Source of the DNA: Dyella sp. | GTDB lineage: Bacteria > Pseudomonadota > Gammaproteobacteria > Xanthomonadales > Rhodanobacteraceae | NCBI RefSeq assembly: GCF_035503745.1 | Contig: NZ_DATJTC010000002.1 | Location: forward strand, 14,736 to 78,735 | Direction of reading: 5' to 3' | DNA length: 64,000 bases | Shown: positions 60,358 through 64,000 of the stretch, one piece after another | Numbering within the stretch: position 1 is the stretch's first letter | Layout: each line of letters begins with the position of its first letter | The notes under the pieces: generated by a model | Told to the model about the DNA's origin: nothing | The model's input: only the letters and a program-made list of their open reading frames with translations | Databases searched by the model: none | Made by a program: the position numbers and the translations under genes

Positions 60358-62193
60358 ATGAAGTTCCTCGCGCAATGCGTCCTGGCCAGCTTCGCACTGC
60401 TCGCGCTCAACGCATGGGCGGGGGAACCGAAGGTGCTGGTCGATCAGGTGGGATACGAGCTCAATGCCGGCAAGCAGGCTATCGTGGAGGCTGACGCGGG
60501 GCAGGCGCTGCACGCGCTGGACGTGATCGACGCCGACGACGGCAAACCCGTTCTCACCGCACTGCTGCAAGACACCGGCCCGGTGGCCAAGTGGGGCAGC
60601 CAGCATTACTGGCGCGCCGATTTCTCCGCGCTCAAGAAACCCGGACGCTATTACCTGCGACTGGACCTGCCCGGCCAGTGCGTGCGCTCGGATGAATTTC
60701 TGGTGCAGCAGAACGTACTGGAGCGCGACACGTTCTCCAACGTCATCTATTACTTCAAGGGCCAGCGCGCCAGCGGTTTGCTGGACAAAGCCGATCGCCA
60801 TTTAGCCGATCCGTACGGCGGCTCCGGAACCTTGGACATCCACGGCGGCTGGTACGACGCGACGGGCGACTATGGCATCCATCTGTCGCACCAGAACCTC
60901 ACCTCGTATTTCAACACCCAGCAGTTGCCGCTGGTGGTGTGGAGCCTGTTGCGCAGCCTGCAGCAGATGGACGCGCGCCACGATCCGGATTTCAGCCAAT
61001 ACCAACGGCGCTTGCTGGACGAAGGTTTGTTCGGCGCCGATTTCCTGGTCCGCGACAAGCGGCCGGACGGTTCGTTCTATCAATCGATCGACGCGCCCGG
61101 CAGCGGCAAGCTGCCGCAGGATCGGCGCATTGGCGATCCCAATTGGCGCACGCAGATCAAGCGCTCGGCCAGCGACACCGGTGCGCGGGTGGAAGAGCCT
61201 GCGCGCGGTCCGCATGCCTATGAGGCGAGTTTCCGTGCCGGCGGCGGCATGGCGATCGCCGCGCTGGCGCTGGCCGGCACCGCCGATGCCGATGGCGATT
61301 TCAGCAGGCAGGACTACCTGCATGCCGCCGAGTCGGCGTATCGGTTTCTCGACGCGCACAACAAGGAACTGCTCAACGATGGTGTGGAGAACATCGTCGA
61401 CGACTACTGCGCGCTGCTGGCAGCCACCGAACTTTACCGCGCTACGCACGACCAGGCGTGGCGAAACGCCGCCGAAAAGCGTGCGGCAAGCCTGATGGCG
61501 CGCCTGGTCACGCACGCCGGACAACACGATTACTGGCGCGCCGATGCCGGTACGCGGCCGTTCTTCCATCCTACCGACGCGGGCCTGCCGGTGGTGGCGC
61601 TGCTCGAATACGCATCCATTGCTTCGCCCGCCCAGCAACGCGCCGTGCGTGATGTGGTGAGGCGCTCGCTGGCTTACGAATTGCGCGTCACCGGCGAGGT
61701 GAACAATCCCTTCGGCTACGCGCGGCAACTGGTGCGCATGGGCGATGGCCGCGTGCGTACCGCGTTTTTCTTTCCGCACGACAGCGAAGCGGCGCCGTGG
61801 TGGCAGGGCGAAAATGCGCGCCTGGCGTCGCTCGCCGCCGCCGCACGCATGGCCGCGCCGCTGTTTGCCGACGATCCTGCGTTCCAGGCGCAACTGGAAC
61901 GCTACGCGTGGAACCAACTGCACTGGATCCTCGGCCGCAATCCCTACGACACCAGCATGTTGATGGGCAGCGGCCAGCGCAATGCGCAATACATGTATTT
62001 CCGTTCCTACCAATACACCAGCGCGCCCGGCGCGATCATCAACGGCATCACCGCGGGACTGGACGATGAGGACGGGATCGCCTTCAATCTCGGCTATGCC
62101 CAGACCGGACGCGACGACGACTGGCGCTGGACCGAACAATGGCTGCCGCACGATGCGTGGTACCTCTACGCCGTGAGCCTGCCGCACGATTAA
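60358..62193 (+). CDS. GH9 glycoside hydrolase, exo-beta-glucosaminidase-like
   Basis: Signal peptide, VDQVGY Ig-like module, GGWYDATGDYG, WILGRNPY, WRWTEQWLPH. Confidence 0.85.
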   Translation: MKFLAQCVLASFALLALNAWAGEPKVLVDQVGYELNAGKQAIVEADAGQALHALDVIDADDGKPVLTALLQDTGPVAKWGSQHYWRADFSALKKPGRYYLRLDLPGQCVRSDEFLVQQNVLERDTFSNVIYYFKGQRASGLLDKADRHLADPYGGSGTLDIHGGWYDATGDYGIHLSHQNLTSYFNTQQLPLVVWSLLRSLQQMDARHDPDFSQYQRRLLDEGLFGADFLVRDKRPDGSFYQSIDAPGSGKLPQDRRIGDPNWRTQIKRSASDTGARVEEPARGPHAYEASFRAGGGMAIAALALAGTADADGDFSRQDYLHAAESAYRFLDAHNKELLNDGVENIVDDYCALLAATELYRATHDQAWRNAAEKRAASLMARLVTHAGQHDYWRADAGTRPFFHPTDAGLPVVALLEYASIASPAQQRAVRDVVRRSLAYELRVTGEVNNPFGYARQLVRMGDGRVRTAFFFPHDSEAAPWWQGENARLASLAAAARMAAPLFADDPAFQAQLERYAWNQLHWILGRNPYDTSMLMGSGQRNAQYMYFRSYQYTSAPGAIINGITAGLDDEDGIAFNLGYAQTGRDDDWRWTEQWLPHDAWYLYAVSLPHD

Positions 62194-62203
62194 GGATCAT
62201 GCA

Positions 62204-64000
62204 TTGAATACATTCTTGCGCCTGGCCGGTTTGGCTTTTTGCTTAGCATGCTGCGGCCTCGCGCAGGCGGCTTCGGCGCCACGGGCCGCCATACCGGTGA
62301 TCCCGCTGCCGGCGCAGGTGCGTGCCGTGGCCGGATCGTTCACGGTGGATGAGCACACCGTCATCGTGCCCGCTTCGCACGATGCGGCGACACGGCAGTC
62401 GGCGGCCTATTTCTCCGACCTCCTGGCGCGCACGCGCGGCCTTAGGTTGAAGGTGGTGGACGATGGCGCCGGATCGAACGCGATCGTGTTCGCCAGGGAC
62501 GCCAAGGCGGCGGTGGCGCACGCCGAAGGCTACACGCTGGACGTTACCGCCAAGGGCATCCGCATCGGCGCGCGCGACGATGCCGGTGTGTTCTACGGCG
62601 CCGTCACGCTGTGGCAAATGCTTACGCCCGACGCCGCGCAGGGCGCGGTGCGCGTGCCGGCCGTGCATATCGCGGACTGGCCGCGCTTCGCCTGGCGCGG
62701 CGTGATGCTCGACTCCGCGCGCCATTTCCAGTCGGCGGCCGAGGTGGAGTCATTGCTCGACCAGATGGCCCAACACAAGCTCAATGTCCTGCATTGGCAT
62801 CTCACCGACGACCAGGGCTGGCGCATCGAGATCAAACGCTATCCCGACCTTACGCGGCTGGGCGCATGGCGCACCCCGCCCGACGCGGGGCACGACGGCG
62901 AACCGCTGCGTTATGGCGGCTACTACACGCAGGATCAGATTCGCCAGGTGGTGGCCTATGCCGCCGCGCGGCACATCACGGTGGTGCCGGAAATCGACAT
63001 GCCCGGCCATGCGCAGGCGGCGGTGGCGTCGTATCCGCAGCTTGGCGTCACCGGCAAGCGTCCGCCGGTGTCGGTGGACTGGGGCGTCAATCCGTATCTG
63101 TACAACGTTGACGATCCGACGTTCCAGTTCATCGACAACGTGCTGGACGAGGTGATGGCCTTGTTTCCCTCGCACTACATCCACGTCGGCGGGGACGAGG
63201 CGATCAAGGATCAATGGAAGGCCTCCCCGGCCGTGCAGGCCAAGATCAAGGCGCTGCACCTGAAGGACGAGGATGCGCTGCAAGGCTGGTTCATCGGTCG
63301 CATCGGTACCTACTTGTCCGCGCATGGACGCCGCCTGATCGGCTGGGATGAAATTCTCGACGGCGGCGTGCCGGCCGATGCGACCGTGATGTCCTGGCGT
63401 GGCACCGATGGCGCGATCAAGGCGGCAAAGATGGGGCACGACGTCGTGATGTCGCCCTCGCCGGACCTGTACCTGGACAGCGTGCAAAGCGACCGCGCGG
63501 ATGAAACGGCCGGGCGCCTGCCCGTGCGCGATCTGGCCAGCATCTACGCCTTCAATCCGGTGCCATCGGCCTTGACGCCCGCGCAGGACAGCCATGTGCT
63601 GGGTGCGCAGGTGAACGTGTGGACCGAGCATATGCCCACCATGCGGCACGTCGAGCATGCGGTCTTTCCCCGGCTCGATGCCTTGAGCGAAGTGGTGTGG
63701 TCGCCGGCCTCGGCCAGGAACTGGAAAGGTTTTCTCGCGCGCCTGCCGGCGCAGCTGGAGCGCTACGCCGACCAGCGCATCGACTATGCCGATAGCGCGT
63801 TCGCGCCGGACATCCAGGTCGATGCCGATCGCGCATTGAAGAGCGGCAAGGCGGACATCGTATTGTCGAACCAGGCCCACTTCGGTGCCATCCACTACAC
63901 CCTCGACGGCAGCGTACCGACCTTGCATTCGCCCTTGTACAGCGGCGCGCTGGTGTTGCAGTGGCCCATCACGATCACCGCCGCAAGCTTCGCGCCCGAC
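62204..64000 (+). CDS. GH20 beta-N-acetylhexosaminidase (runs off window)
   Basis: TTG start 7 nt after TAAGGA; signal peptide; FAWRGVMLDSARHF, HWHLTDDQGWR, EIDMPGH, HVGGDEA, WTE. Confidence 0.94.
   Translation, partial: MNTFLRLAGLAFCLACCGLAQAASAPRAAIPVIPLPAQVRAVAGSFTVDEHTVIVPASHDAATRQSAAYFSDLLARTRGLRLKVVDDGAGSNAIVFARDAKAAVAHAEGYTLDVTAKGIRIGARDDAGVFYGAVTLWQMLTPDAAQGAVRVPAVHIADWPRFAWRGVMLDSARHFQSAAEVESLLDQMAQHKLNVLHWHLTDDQGWRIEIKRYPDLTRLGAWRTPPDAGHDGEPLRYGGYYTQDQIRQVVAYAAARHITVVPEIDMPGHAQAAVASYPQLGVTGKRPPVSVDWGVNPYLYNVDDPTFQFIDNVLDEVMALFPSHYIHVGGDEAIKDQWKASPAVQAKIKALHLKDEDALQGWFIGRIGTYLSAHGRRLIGWDEILDGGVPADATVMSWRGTDGAIKAAKMGHDVVMSPSPDLYLDSVQSDRADETAGRLPVRDLASIYAFNPVPSALTPAQDSHVLGAQVNVWTEHMPTMRHVEHAVFPRLDALSEVVWSPASARNWKGFLARLPAQLERYADQRIDYADSAFAPDIQVDADRALKSGKADIVLSNQAHFGAIHYTLDGSVPTLHSPLYSGALVLQWPITITAASFAPD

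Overview
High-GC gammaproteobacterial chromosomal window; gene content and protein similarity suggest Xanthomonadales, probably Rhodanobacteraceae-like (inference). The core backbone comprises mnmG (partial), pepN, an aldose epimerase and Ser/Thr dehydratase pair, tag, a bioB-bioF-rhodanese-bioH-bioC operon with a BirA-type operator, comF and ubiA. It continues with an 11-gene leu/ilv superoperon under a Leu/Ile/Val leader-peptide attenuator, pssA, ttcA, an aminotransferase, rdgC and several peptidases/hydrolases. At the right end is a NagR-regulated GlcNAc/chitin-chitosan locus (nagA, nagB-II, nagR, nagP, nagK, TonB-dependent receptor, GH9, GH20). One visibly lower-GC accessory island (about 7.2-17.6 kb) carries a polymorphic toxin locus. 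It has a 1488-aa Rhs/YD protein with a Sec-type signal peptide and no PAAR/VgrG, a C-terminal HEXXH metallopeptidase, an exported candidate immunity protein, a decayed orphan cassette and further orphan immunity-like genes. Upstream lies what may be an orphan alternative N-terminal module. The orphan cassette is cut by an IS3 element (4-bp TSD), which is itself cut inside its catalytic motif by an IS110 element. The IS110 downstream non-coding end folds into a bridge-RNA-like loop with segments matching its own donor junction. A hairpin-rich intergenic region upstream of mnmG may encode an Rsm/Csr-type sRNA. All motif and fold calls were made by eye, without database searches.
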